Origin: Fimbriosthenelais zetlandica
Lineage: Eukaryota
Direction: 5' to 3'
Assembly: GCA_977030845.1 (NCBI GenBank)
Contig: OZ365112.1
Coordinates: 10,354,001-10,418,000, forward strand
DNA length: 64,000 nucleotides
Shown: positions 1-14,700 of the stretch, in pieces
How the letters are laid out: each line of letters begins with the position of its first letter
Position numbering within the stretch: position 1 is the first letter of the stretch
The notes under the pieces: model-generated
What the model saw: only the letters and a program-made list of their open reading frames with translations
Databases searched by the model: none
What the model was told of the DNA's origin: nothing
Translations under genes and position numbers: made by a program

Positions 1-3000
1 CAACTGATACAAATGAAACCAATGGACCAGGAGTTTTTAAAGGGCACTGCAAAAGGCAGGAGTACAGGCAATAAGAGAGTATTTCTATACTGTCAATATG
101 AAAGTAACTGTTAGTAGAAACCCAACCACAAGCAGATTGCCACTTAACGGTAGAACTGAGCTCCATTGACCTAATTGTGAATAATAAATCAAATAAAGTT
201 TTTAATCATTGCAATAGACTAAATCAATACAATTTACATATAGAGTTAGCCTTTTATTTGTTATGCTAATTTAAATTGATCATGCAAACGAAGGGGGAAT
301 CAATTAGGCCCTTAATGATACAGCTGCTACCTCTCATTGTCAGAGATGCATTGATGCTACCTTCATACATGGGTCAAAATGGTCGTAAAAAGGGTAACGA
401 CATGAACTGATCATTTGTAGCCATAGATGGGCCATAGCCTATCATAATAGCCATTGGTATTTATAATAATATTCATTAATTAATTCGGCAATCGTGGGAT
501 TAGCGACCCCCAGGCGACCCCCATGATTAGATTCATTACATGTCAATGCAGTTTGATTAATTCTTTAATTATCATGTTTCAATTTGCACCGCAAACACCT
601 CAAGGCCCTTGCTGAATGGTCCGTCTGCAAATATGGCGAGGTTTTTAATCTTAAAGATCATTTGCGAAGGGCGATTCAGTTTTATTCAAGATCAAGACGG
701 AATCTGCCAGGAATGGACAGCTATCTCCCAGACACTACTGGATCGAAAATTATTCTAAGACTCAGATTTCAATCCAGGCATGTAGGCCCCCCATATTCAT
801 ATTAAAAAAAATGATTAACGTTTTCGGGGATGGGCCATTCGGGGTTGTATCATAACAAATTAGCCCCCCACAAGCCAATGTTAAGACTTGGAGCTATATT
901 TTGGCATATATTTCTGTTGAAACGTACCCTCAGTCACTCCAGACTTTGTGGGTAACAGGAAACATGCCGTTGCGATGACAACATGACATCTTGACCTGAA
1001 GCGTCTACTTGTTTACCACCTCCTGATGATTGCCCTCTGACAAGGCATAAAATGAGACGCGAGGCAATATTGACATTTCATTAAATTAAATGCTATTTTA
1101 AAACCTGCAAATAATGCTTCTAGACAAAGCGGTCCATTGCAGCTTGAGACATTCAATATATTGGATATTAACTGTTGATATTAGGATTGGAAATTGAAAA
1201 TTTATAGGATAAAAATTACTGTTTATGATGATTAAGTTGAAATAGCTCAATTGATATAAGATGAGTCCTTTGTAAGCCGAACCGATCCCTGACTGATCCC
1301 CCAATATGCAACACAATATACACAGCTTTTGGTGGCAAGCTTAACCCATGCACCTCTGATAAATGAGTGGATGTACATTCTTTGTACCAGCAACAGAATA
1401 CCTAATATAAGCCTTATTCTAGTCCTTCTATATACGGGGAGAATAGAAAGTAAAGCACCTATAAAGGTGAGGTATGGGATGGTGAAGGTTAATATAGGGA
1501 CAATGTAACAAGTCTAATGTATGGTACACACCTGTGACTAGCTCACCATGAGAATTATCCTTTAATATAACACCAGCTATTTACTGTATTATTAACCTAA
1601 CCCCACTTATCGACTAACTTTCCATTGGGACCATCCTACCATTCATTGGTTGCCTTTACTGGTTATGTCCATAATAAATAGTGGAGACTATTAAACAAAT
1701 GCACCGAAATACAAGTCTTCTGATATTGAAAAAATTTTTAATAGCCTAATTGCTTTAATATATATACCAGGTAATCGCTAGGAACTATTAGCCATTCCTC
1801 CATGCCCAAGGCTTATTATTGATTTTGGCTATCAAATTTACTTTAGTACAGCAGTATGTTGAAGGCACTCAATGGACATAAAGGCGTTTAATACAGACAA
1901 TATGGTTTTAAACTACAGGGCCATTGGACAACATGGTTTGGTCTATTGTTGGGTAACGAGCTCCAGGTATGAGGAGGAGGTAGGCATTAGAATGGCTGGA
2001 CTCTAGGCTATTTTTTTTTTTACATTTATTCTTTCCACACTGTCAGGGTATGATATGTGAGGAAGCAGATAGCGAGCAGGTCCTAACCACTGGTTGATGG
2101 AAGCCTGGAGTTGGGAGCAGCTCTAATGAAATGTAGACCATCGATTGGTGGTGTAATTGGTGGCAGTGTGAAAGGCGGGACAGGTAATTCATTTACACTA
2201 ACTCCCACCCCATCTCCACATTTACCACCAGCTTTCAACAGTAGGGGATGGATGCATTTTCTGTCAAAGCTGTCCAACAATATCTTCCTCAATATGAGGT
2301 GGCAAAAGCATAAATAAACACTCAATAAAAAGTTCTAGTTTTGAACAACTGATTGCTTTTGAAGGTATGTAATTCAGATATTGAATTAATGTAAAGCCAA
2401 AATTGCACAAACTTCAAAATACATAATGCCCAATTGACCATTTGCTAAAAGAACTAAAAAAGGCTAAACAAAAAAATGGGGAAAAGGCAATTGATATTGA
2501 ATAGATTCTCATAAATCTCGGATGGAATAACACCCATGGAAGCAGCCGCAGGTTTGGAAATATTATTGCCAGATATAGCCAGTAGCAAATCATGGCCTAG
2601 GTTAGACTAAATCAGTTAGTCTCAGTTGCTGGGGCAGAGGGAGCTATCATATTGCCCTGGAATTTGATTTCCTGGAGAATTGGCGTTCTCTGCGGCAGAA
2701 TTGGGGGACAGGCCTACTCTAAATGCTATTAGTAGGGTCAGAGGAGCTAGATAGAGAGACCCACTAAACTTATATGTGTTATCTCACATTAACTTCTTAT
2801 AAATTCTACAGTTATATGGTTATAAATACACATATAAGAGCAAACTTTGAGAACTGCAATGTGTCCAAAGTACAGTATCAACCAGAAATTATGTCCACAA
2901 ATTCAATGCCACAAAATTCTCATGTTTTCAAAGTGTACAAACATTTTTTGGTGATACTGTAGAGGTGAAGGATTTTGATGCTCAATATATTGAAACAAGG

Positions 3001-3313
3001 CCTCACAATGTAGATTGAGCAGCAGCCTATCCTAATAGACAGTGGATGGTCATATCCAACCATTGTGACATTGATCCTGGCCATGTAATGGCTAACAACT
3101 TGGATCCCATTCAATTATGTAATAGACAGTGTAGTAAACTTGGCTGGGCCTTCAGCCAGCTGTTTCAGCCAACTATTTACCAACCCCCACCGCAAGTACA
3201 TCACATAATTTGAGGTCATATTCATTTAAAATGATCTATAGATACTATTCAATGTACCTCGTTTTCATTGTCCTTCTCAAAGGCTTTCCATCCTCCATTT
3301 GTTCCATCTTTAG

Positions 3314-3328
3314 ACTCATAAGAATGAC
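3314..3328 (+). other. Candidate 15-nt microexon ACTCATAAGAATGAC
   Basis: Long polypyrimidine acceptor (tttccatcctccatttgttccatctttag) and perfect gtaagt donor. Open in phase 0 (THKND) and phase 2 (LIRM). Confidence 0.4.
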
Positions 3329-5776
3329 GTAAGTGTAGTTGGCAGGTTTGGAAACATGTGATTCTAATATAGCCCATGATGTCTACAATAACATACTAGG
3401 CGACCTTCTATTTGACCTCACGGGAAGTAAATCCTAAAGGTCAAGGTGCAAGTAAGCAGTATTAGGGAGAGGGAAACTGATAAAGTATATTTTCAAAGTG
3501 TAATAGTAAAACTGTTCCAGGAGTTACACATTGATCATAAGTTGACACAGAATATAACTATAGTCTAGACCAGACCAATGATTGGCCACAGTTGTTACTA
3601 CATAGCTACACTCGCTTCATCCCAGCAAAAACACAACGTCATAGCAAAGAAATGATTACTTCACTGATCATTGCTTATCCTTCTGGCCATCTAAACCTTG
3701 GTAAATGCAATATGAATCATCAGAATTATTTTTATTTAGTATTAATATTCATGGACACTTCTAATGGAACTCTTTTCTATGCATGAATATATTTCCATTC
3801 CATTCAGTGCAAATCTGAAAGTGGAGAAAATCCATAGAAAGAAATGGTTCTGTCGCGTTCCCCATAATTTTTCCACACCAGTTGTCAGAGCAACTGAAAA
3901 TTCTCTGTCCAATCTCATCACAAGTGGGATCAAATCTTCCACGTTTAGCAAAGCAATATAGATGGTAGTCCACAGGGAGAACTTGATAACAAAGATTGAA
4001 AAGGATTCTGAATGGAGATAGCTGCAAAGGTCATTCAACGTCGATACGAGATATCCCCAAGTCATTGATAAAAATATGTCAAAATGTATTAGTTCCTTCA
4101 TGTTCCCATACATATTTCTATTAAAATCCAAAGTGAAGGTGAAATCAATTCAGATTTTGTTTCAATATGAATGAAATATTTCCTCAGTTTCATCTCAAAA
4201 ATCGATAAAACTGTATGAATAAATCATTTTCCTTTCCTTTTTATTTTTGTTACACAAAACTCCGCAGGCTGCCATATGAACCTATAAATACTGGGCTCGG
4301 GTGGTTGCCCTGGCTACCAATTTATGGATCAGGGAAGACTGGATAGAAGCCAGTGATAAAAAGATGTCAGCATCAATAGTGAAAGCTTCACCATCGCCGG
4401 ACTCAGCAAGGCTGCACGGTCATTTGTCCAGCCAGATATAGGGGGTAAGCTTCTGCCCATTCTGCCATAGCCGGATCATGACCAATGACCATGGCTGATG
4501 CTTTAAGGCTAAACTGAGGAGACCATCCGGTTCCGGCGACATCAAAACATTTTTTATGCATACTTGACCTGGTAAGGTTGCTTCCAGGCTTGACCAGTCA
4601 ATGCCCTTGAAAACCTATTGATTTGGGGATAGAACCGATTCTTTTTAAAACCCTGATCCAAAATTTGGATAAGATGGCCATTTCATTATACGTAAGATAT
4701 GATCATGGAACAGGTGCCATGCTAGATTAGGTTTAACATCCATTAGAACAATAAGATTAAAACTGAAGACAGCTCATTGATACTGGATTGCGAGCTGCTC
4801 GAATTGCTCACCATGTCAGCCCCTCATTCAAACCACATGAGTAATTGATCATCGTAACACCCTATCGACAATCCATATGCAAATATACCACATTGTATCG
4901 GATCATGGGTCTCATAAATCTTAACCATTGCAATGGAGTCCTATGCAGGCTTCCACAATGGCCCAGAGGCAAAATACTCAAGGGCTGTTGGAGAAAAAAT
5001 GGCGGAGATCAGTTGTGATTTTGTAACATGAAAGAAAGAAAAAATATCTTGGCGAAGAAAGATGGGTGTCTGTTTAAAGAGGTAGTGACTGGTTTCAAAT
5101 ATAAAGTGGCAGCTAGGAGCTGGTTGGCAGTTTTAAAGTGAAACCCCCTCAGGCTCAGGTGCCAGGGAACATCAGTGACCTTAGACTAGCTGGAGGGACT
5201 AGCCCTGGCTTCAGGGACATTCCATAATACATGAGCACCCTGCATGGCTAACAGCTCACCCAGGCTCGAAGACCATCCTCCTCACATACCAACTCTCTAC
5301 AGACAACAGTGATTTTCTTTAATAAAAATACCACATTAATTTGCAGGTAAATTAGAATTTCATAAAACAGATGCAAATGGCCAGAAAGCTATACTATTAA
5401 TGCAGTTGGGTGCATATTAATATAACAATACAACTCCCTTATGCCCTGTTAATAGCACTATATACTTACACTGCATTTTAAGTTTGTCAATTTATTTTTA
5501 TTTCTGAATCGAAGGTCGATTTAAATTCAATTGTTTGCTCTCCAATCTAGCCTGCTGTTGATATAAAAGCAGCTGGAATTAATAGATTTAGTATTCGCTC
5601 CAATACGGTCCTGTCTTATGTATTCACATATGGAAATCAATCGGGAGACACCATTGCTTGGAGCTATATTGAAGGGGGGAAGCATATAGAGTGGGAGAGG
5701 AACAGAGACTGTCTACTAATGGGGGAGTGGAACCTCAGGAGAGGTTTAATTTGTCTGTATTGGCTGACTGATATCT

Positions 5777-5972
5777 CTAGTACTCCCCATAGCCTTCTCC
5801 CTCCACACTGATAATGTCGACAGCCTCCCGATCTATAGTCTGCTTCATAGAGGCAGATAAGCCCCCATAAAGATATCCCTCCGCCAAGGACAACAAATAC
5901 AATGTCATACACCAAAACATTGAAGCCTTTCTATCATAGACCTCCTCTGTTTCTGGATTTTGAGAGCACAAT
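5777..5972 (-). CDS. Candidate terminal exon on the minus strand: LCSQNPETEEVYDRKASMFWCMTLYLLSLAEGYLYGGLSASMKQTIDREAVDIISVEGEGYGEY*
   Basis: Minus-strand acceptor tatttccccatgcag ending at 5973. 64 open codons in phase 2 with protein-like composition. No partner exon confidently identified. Confidence 0.3.
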
Positions 5973-6385
5973 CTGCATGGGGAAATACTTTCTTTTGTGT
6001 GTATAGGCAGTAGGAGGGGAATGTACTGTCCAATAGACAGAGATGGAGAAACTGACTCACAAAAAAGGTGCAGTATTCTAGCTATCCATTTACTAATGGA
6101 GTGTCAGAATAGGATACTGACTGTGCTCTTATCTTCAATTGAACACCGGAATATTTTTATTCCCATATCGCCAAGGACCTTAGAGACAAAAGCATGACAA
6201 AATCAATTGTCCGAAACATCTTAAAGATTTAACTATCTAAGATTAAAGTTTAAGATTGAAATTTCAACCAAAAGATATCTTTAGAAGTTAAAATCAATAA
6301 TATTTAAGTAACATATCCTCATAGCCCCTCATCGTTCTCTCTTAAGTATTGGATGGCGATGCTCGCAGCTTATCTCCCTCCTGCC

Positions 6386-6428
6386 TGTCACATGATTGTC
6401 CACGTGACCCCCTTAAGGGTCACATGAC
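6386..6428. promoter_or_regulatory. Triple E-box cluster (USF/MiT-TFE-type CAYGTGAC/CACATGA)
   Basis: GTCACATGAT, CACGTGAC and GTCACATGAC occur within 43 bp. Confidence 0.45.
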
Positions 6429-8684
6429 ACCGTGCCCTCGCCCTGGACACCTCTTATATGAACTCTCCCATTTCACGAATCAATACATTGATTGCCTCAG
6501 CTACTTTCAACCAAGACGAGTTTTAAACAAAACCCCTCGGCAACAGGGCTCCTCCTTTGATATCAAAGAGGAAAAATAAACCCCCAAAGGGCAAGAAGTT
6601 TGATTGAAATGAAAGATGAAAATGGGTTCAATATTTCAAGATTCTAGACCTTCATTTGCTGATTTCAAAATTAAGATCTAAGTAACAACTTGAATATTAT
6701 GACAGAATAAATTCAACACAATTTCCGAATGCATCTAGATTTTAGTCAGGAAATGATGCGAATGGAACATTTAACTAGACTTTTGTATGGGATTAATTAA
6801 GAAAGTGGGTTCGATATTGCCACCAAATATGGGATTATGCATATTCACTGGCTGGAAGAGTATCCTTTAGCCGCAGAAGGCAATTAGACAAGGATGATGT
6901 GGTATGGCTTGAGGGAGGGTTAGCTTTCCATCAAAGCTCCAGTAAGCCAGCAATAGCTTGCCTATTGGCCTCGGTAGAAATGCTCAGAGTGAGGGTTTGA
7001 TCTTTGGGCTTAGCTTTGTGTAAGGCCCGAGCAGTCAGCTAGGGCCTGAGAAGCTGGGCCTCAGATAGCGAGAGAAGAGGCTGGGAAATAAGCAGTGGCC
7101 TGGAAGAATTGCTCTGTGTGTGAGTGCGCACTTGGAGTCGGGCTAGAGCTGGGAGGGTTTATTTGATGGACTAGGCCGGTCCTATATGAGAGATTGGAAG
7201 TGGCTGGATACAGAATGAACATGATATTGGTGGGGGAGGCTAATTACTTGTCGGCTTACATGCTTGATTAGTTATGTGGAGAGGGGGGTAGTTGTTCATT
7301 CAAGTTACAAGTGACATGGGTATGAGTTATCTTATAGATAAGGGACAGATTCAATGAGAATTGACAGCACCTAGGTGTTATCTATAGCTTACATAGTATC
7401 AGTTCATATCCACTACATAAATTCACAACACAAGGGCAAAAGGATCCATAGTCACCCCCAAAATCACGAAATCGTTCCTAAAAGCATCGCATGGACCAAC
7501 GGTAATTTATGTTTCCTTTCACTAAAGTGCCTTTCAGTATGAATAGGTCAAGGACAGGTACATAAATAAACATTAGCCGATGACAATATAATCCCATTTT
7601 CCCTGACCTTCCCGTTTCCTGGGTATCTTGGGAGGCCAGTCAATGATAAGTGTGATTTTTCTATTAATTTATGATCATGCCTTAGTCGTGCAGTGTCCAG
7701 TCCTGCTAGGCATACTAAGGAGCAACTCATGGATAGTGGATTTATTATACCTGCATCTTGAGCATCTCTGAGCAGTTAAATGTCAGCGGAATCTGACCCT
7801 GTCACTGACCTACATCCAGGAGACTGCACGAGGAAATTCTCCCCGATAGGCTGACACACGCAATCTTTGCAGGAATGGCAGTATGCTAGATTCTCATGCA
7901 TTTACTCAGATATGATTATACGTTTGAAAATATTACTAACAAGAGCTAAATTTCTGCTCGAGAAGTGTTGCACATTGTCTGCCAACAGCGTGTTACCTAC
8001 TTTGTCACCCATCGCCAAAATCCACTTTCCAGAACAATATTCAAACAATTGCCTGGGTTTTCCTGATGAATCAAACTTGAGAAAGGATTCACTTGGTGTT
8101 TTGGACGGAATGTAAGCAAGATGTGGGTAGTTGGTACTATTATAGCAGTTAATGTCCCTTCACTTGAAGAGTGTGGGCAATGCATGGGTATGAGCCTTGA
8201 TGGTTCAGTTGGAAGCATTATATGTTGGGAAAGACCATGGGATTTGCACTGGGAGCTGCCATTTTCAATCAACACTCTTTAGTCTGGCCTCCTGACAATC
8301 CCTTGGGCGGTGGGGTGTCACCATCATGCATCATGAATTGTGACAGTGATTCTATGACACGGCTCTAAGGAAAGACTACACAAGTCTATAGCTAGACATA
8401 TACAGAATTCTCTCAAAAAAGTACCAAGGAAAAACCTTCATAATCACGACAATTATAGGCATAAAAAATAGACTGGGTCGGTGGGTCATATATAAGTATG
8501 GAATTAAGATGACAAGGAAATAACATAAGAAATGGTTTCCACGAGTATTAACTAAGATAAACGACCAGAGCGGGGGATATAATGCAGCTTAAGTGTAGGT
8601 AGAGAATAATAGGCGGGTATTTCTGCGTCCTGCCGCGGACCTCAGATATAAGTGATAGATAGCATGTGGGGCTTAGAGTCTTAC

Positions 8685-8750
8685 CGCATCAGACAGAAAC
8701 AAGGAGGCCAGCAGGACTGATTTATTCCCAGAGAAAAAAATCATGGTTTG
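8685..8750 (-). other. Candidate 66-nt minus-strand exon (QTMIFFSGNKSVLLASLFLSDA)
   Basis: Acceptor gttgttcttttacag and donor GCG|gtaaga on the minus strand. Only phase 0 is open. Confidence 0.3.
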
Positions 8751-11700
8751 CTGTAAAAGAACAACCCTAGCATACTGGCATAAAGGATCGTCAGCGGCCT
8801 CAATATATCAAATTATTTAATTTTTAGCATTTAATTTTTATTCCAGACATGAAAGGCAAAGGCTATGGAATAGACAGGATGAATATCAATAGACAGAGTT
8901 CAAATAACAACGTACTTTACTTTCCTATTTTAATATGACAACCAGGTTACCTTAAGATTTATTTTTCAAAGGTGGACGGGAAAATTTTTTTTTTGTAGCA
9001 CTAAGCACCATTTCTGAACAGTTCACTAAGATAAGGACAAGTAGTTGCTCGCTATCACGTATACTTAGTAACAGACCAAAAACTGACAAAGATGGGGCCT
9101 GATGCTAGACTGAGGAAGGGTGCAGGAATATTGAACTGGTTATTTTTGTCAGCCAGGTTCATACAATGAGAAAATGGTGAAATATTTCAACATGTCATCA
9201 TCAAAAGGACCTCCTCAAGAATATGAATGTAGAAACTACATAATATAAAGTTCCTTCTTGAATAGCAATATTTGGGGATATGAATCCATACATTTTACCT
9301 CAAGCTTCTGTCTGTCTTTCAAATCGATCACTCTCCATTATATAATTGAAAACGGGACATAAAATAGCCATATCTTGCTATGGGATGCTCTGATCTCTTG
9401 GCTTTCAAAGACAAACTTTGGCCTTCAAAGAAGACTTCCATTACACCAAACTGTGCCCTACCCTACCCCGTCCTACCCGAAACAACCCACTCCTACATAG
9501 ACACCAATCAAGTACGATTCGATCAGGAAGAAAGCCTTTTAGCTTTGACATCTGGATAGCAAACACAATTCCCGCTGGGGTCTTACATCTCCTGAGACAG
9601 TGACCATTCAGATGTACAGGCCTGCCTCCAATGAAAGTGTCCAATATTGGTTTTAATAACAATGTCTATATACAAAGTTACAAAAATAATGTGCATGTGC
9701 TTTAAATATCAGGAGCTTGATACTTATAGTAAATCTATAAGAAATGGAATCACAGATCTATATGCTGGTTATAAATGTTTGGATATAAACCAGACCCTTT
9801 TTCCCTCCATTTCTACTGCCTACCAGTGGGTTGGTGGAAGCCAGACCTCTCTGGGGGAACTCGGTTCCCCAGCGACAGGGTCAAGGTGTACTGACAAATC
9901 CTGTTTCTTGCTACATTGGGTTTAACTCCCTCCTGCACTCTCCCTTCTATCCAGATCAAGCTACTAACAGGGCGTTTACTGGTAGCAGACAGCCAATAAA
10001 GCTGGCTCTGAGAGCAGTTAAAACTCTCAAAAACAGTGGAATAATCAATCTCTACTACAAAGGCAACCTGAGAGTGCTCCGTCCATATTGCCGGCAAAGG
10101 CTAATTTCATTTCCATCCAAATACGGCGATCAGCTCACGGAGGGTTTTTTTCTTTCTAGACAATTCATCAATTTATTCCATGGTTGGATTGGTCCGGTTT
10201 TTGTTTCATTTATAATCCAGTGCATTGCTTGAGAATTACCTCAATGGTATGGGTTAAAATGTTTATGATTTAAAGGATACTTTTTATATACTACTCACAA
10301 TTGGAATGGACTGAAATAGCAGGGCAATGAATGGAGTTGAAACTAGATGAGCAAGATGGTTAATTACTGAGGGATGTTATGATTGATTAGCGTTAATTAT
10401 CAATGGACTTTGATCGATTAATTGCATCTGGATTCAATATTGCAGTTTTTAATTAGCATGGGGGCTCGAGGGGGGAACATGTAGGTGTATTTTAGGCACT
10501 GCAAGTGGCAGTGAATTCACCATTCTACCAATATCTATGATGGTCACATCCTGGGCTTTCATCGACAAGTCATTCTGATCATATCTAAACGATTGCGACA
10601 TCAAGCAATTCACAGACCTTCCTCAAATACATCCATCAGGCCCTGATGGAAGCTAAAAATAGATCTATACTCTCTGCCAACATGTGTTGGAGATACGGCC
10701 TTATAGGCTGAATATGGGAAGGTTTGATGGGTCTGTCCGACTGAGGTGTCACAGAGTATATTGGCAATGCTCAGTGGGTGGGAGGGAAGTATTCGGATGG
10801 AGAGGTATGGAATCGATGGTAGAGAGGATGAATGGGGAATGCATCAATTATCGCTCAGGACTGTGTTAGTCCATACCGTACAACTGTCACTTTATTCTGA
10901 TGGATCAGATGTCTCATACACAGATCTTAATCATCAAAGTCAATATTGGACATGGGGGAATTTATACTTACAGCTTATACTGCACAGGTTCTGTTAAATG
11001 TTTAGGTGCAATAGAAATATTGTCTTTCTCCGTATATAAAGTTGTGCATAAAGGTTATGAATTGCTTGGTAAAATTAACTTGCAAAAATGATGTTAATAT
11101 GGAGTTTAATTTTACTTGCAGGGTACCCACTATACCTATGCTGAAAGGGCTCCAGGATACTCATATCGGATGTACAATTACACGGAGTTTTTAACATAAA
11201 GAAGGTAAAATTCAAACTTGAATAAATCATGAAAACTTCTTTTATTTCATTTCATTGTATACTCCAACTTAAAACATCTCCGTGAGAAAGGCCCAGAAAA
11301 TATAATGCACGAAAGGATACAGGTGACCGTTTCTTCACCCAAAGTGCACCTTTCTCATTTCCATGGAAATCCGTGGAAACGCGGATAATTTACAGCAGCA
11401 TAAACATATACTTAACGGCCTTTTGTAGCAGGAGTAAGGCGTGCTGGTGGGGATATAGGAGGGAAGCTAGCAGTGCGATAATCTAATGGTAAATTGGCAT
11501 GCTATGGCCCATTCCCCTCTTACTATTGAGATCCGAATGCTATTTGCTTCTCAGTCCCCAGGCCTTTTGAGTGGAAGGAGCTGGGCCCGTAGCAATGCAA
11601 GGAATTAGCTATAGGCCTACTATATGGTCGACAAGAGTCGTTGGTTACTTCTAGGTGACATTTTTATGTTAGCGTCTGTGTGTGAAATTTAGTGCTTGAG

Positions 11701-14700
11701 AAGGAGTTCGCTGAATAAGTGAGGGATCGGAAGAAGGTGAAAGGAGTCCTTAGATAGTCTGGCACATATAACTTGTTTAAATCTAATTTGAAAAGTTGTT
11801 GGTCTAATGGAGCCATACTATTAACCGGAGAGACCACATGTGGTGTATTCTCTCTGTATTAACAGAGGCAAATTTTCAAGAATATGGCTGATAAAAGTTT
11901 GTTTAAATAACCCCAACTTTAGATCATAGTTTGTAAATGTCAACTTTTTTGTCTCACTGTGCAATAAATTTCGTAAAAGATTCATTATAACTCCAATATT
12001 TATCCAGGTTCCCTAGATCTTAGTAGGCAATTAACAGCCGGTATTCATGTGAGAATTACCCCATTGGAATCTATAGAACCTCGTTGAAAGTAACAGTTAT
12101 AAGGTTATTAGTAAGACGCCAGGACCAGAGGATGATCCCAAAGCATGCCAGGATATCCTAGAATGGGATCATTTCCTTCTTCCAAGCTCCTTTATGCATA
12201 ACCTTGCACACAACATTGCAATGCCTTGCAGACAACGTTGCGATTTGAGCACATTTTAATTGAACCAAATATGAAAATCAACTACCAATTAGTCGATTTC
12301 AGTTTAATTGAAATATGCAATACTCAATTATTGATTCTGGTACTAATGACAAAAAATACCGACGATAAACGAAAATAAAAATAATATCCATGGGAGATGC
12401 AGGCTAGTCTACAATGTACATTGCCTACTTCATTTCCCACCACCAGTATTCTATGGGGGTTCTCCCATTCCCCCTTTCCCTTATACAACACAACATCCAC
12501 ATAATTCAATATGAAGAAGATATCTAAAAGCTGACAGCAGGCTTAGGTTTCATATAATGCCTTAATTATCGCCCACATATATAACATTGCAGGGAACGGA
12601 GGCAATTCCCGGGGCTTTACATAAAGGGGAGGCAAGGCTGATCTCCCCTATTGTGCACCTTTCTGTACTGGTTCTTGGAGAGGGACAGAGAAGCTACTTG
12701 CTTCTTTGAAAGTGGCCAGGCACATCAACGTCTCAATTCTGACTGTGGCCTTGTACTTGGTGGGGTGGGGGCGGAGTGTAGGATAAATGTTTTGTTAAAT
12801 GTTAAGTGCATTTGATAACAGTATTTGATGTGCAAACTCTGAGTAATCAAACTTATGTTGATAGATTTGTGGTCCTTGAAACAGAAGGTCAAATCATATT
12901 GTATGACAGTTATATTTAAGCGACTAAATAGTCTAGACTTTAGTAGTGGTCTAGATATGGAACATTCGTGACTTCCACTTCCTTATCTTTCTCAGCCGAT
13001 CAAAGAAATCAAACAGCTTTCAATTAAGATGACGCTGGAGAACCAGTCACGCCATCCAGAATATTTTTCTCTTGTGATTACTTATTAAAGGGATGTAGGG
13101 AAGGTTTTATGAGCGAGGCATTACACATTCTTTTTAATACAGTTTTCTTAAGTTTTACTCCAAGAGACCCAAGCTATATATGAAAATTTCAGTTGATACA
13201 CATTACAGGGGCACATTTTGGAGAATCTATTCATAAGATGTGTTCATACTTTCTGGGAGAACTTTGCCAGTGTATTAATAGTTTTGGGCCCTAGATATTA
13301 TTACTGCTGGCTTAAATACAGAACAATACATTGAGTTGCTCACGATATTACGAGAGCTATTATGGAGCTGTTCATTTGCTCACAGTGTAAATACAGCTGG
13401 GAGGAATGGAAGGTAGAAGACAGTGAATACCTCCTATAAATCTTCCCCATCTCAGGCCTGGGACATTTATGAGATTTGTCATCGTGTCTGCTGGACAGAA
13501 TAATGCACCCTATTGTCAGTGAATGGCAATGGAGGAGAAATACTCCATCTAATACTAGATTTGCCAATGTCGAAGCAAGGTTATTTTATGTACAATATCT
13601 GTCTTCAGCATCTGCAAAGCAGGCTATACTCTGAGACCTTATTTCATATACAATGTGGGACAAAGAACATTGAAAAGGAGTAGTTAAAGGGACACTATCA
13701 CAAAACAGCGATGAGCATTAAAATTTAACACATATATGCTCGATCTATAACTAATTTGACATAGATTCATAGACAAGTCTGACTCTCTCAACCAGGAAAA
13801 GATAAAGGGCGGTAAGTGGACATTTCTGCCATTTCAGATCCACAGATTTTTCTCGAAGTTCCCAACTTGACCATCAGTAATGTGAGCAGGCGAGGGTTTG
13901 GTGGTTACACGCATTCTTACAGATGATGAGAACTACTAAGAGTAATATCCCTGAAACGCTTATCACCAGGGAAGAATTAATAATCGTGAAAGCATAGCAC
14001 CAGGACATTGGGAACTTAAAACCCATGTGAGGCGGCGCCATTCGGTTTAGGTCGGGAATGAAGGAGAAAATCGTCCATAAAAACCGAACATCTCTATCTT
14101 AAATGAAAAGCTGCTCCACAAAAGAGATAGGCACAATTTTATGTAATTACTTTCTTCATAAGAGCCCAGGACAGGGATAAGAACAAGGCAGTTTTCTCCC
14201 TACCCGAAATGAAGAAATGTGGTGTAAATGATCTATATGGCTGGTTCTGGTGCCCCTTGAGACCACTTTTTCTATGGCAGTTAGCCCACTATAAATGGTC
14301 CATGTGGTCTGATTATACTTGGGCAACATGGAAAGGGACTTGCTAATACCCAGAGATTAAAAACCTTTCTTATGCTTTTCATTTAATATGCAGGACTGAG
14401 AACTATTGTTCTCCTACCAAAACACTTGGTATTAGCACCTTGTCTTTTTGGGGCGGTGAAAACCTTATTGTTGTATAAGGAAGGCCCTTCCATTGTCAGT
14501 GCTGGACAAAAAACATTGTTCAAGGCCCACAGAAAGGTCCCAGTGGAAGACCTTACACAGTGGCCCAATCACAGAACTGTATAACGCATAGTAATGGCTG
14601 GTCTATTTATGAGAGCACTACTTTTCCTTCCCAACCCTCAGCCTGGACTAATGGACTGGACAAGACATTCATCTCCCATCCCATATCCTCACTCTATTAT

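Noticed and set aside
6808-6825. GGTTCGATATTGCCACCA resembling a tRNA T-loop and 3' end
   Set aside because: No T-stem pairing, A box or cloverleaf upstream.
13684-13695. TTAAAGGGACAC as the end of a TTAA-target (Kolobok-like) element
   Set aside because: No matching inverted end found nearby.
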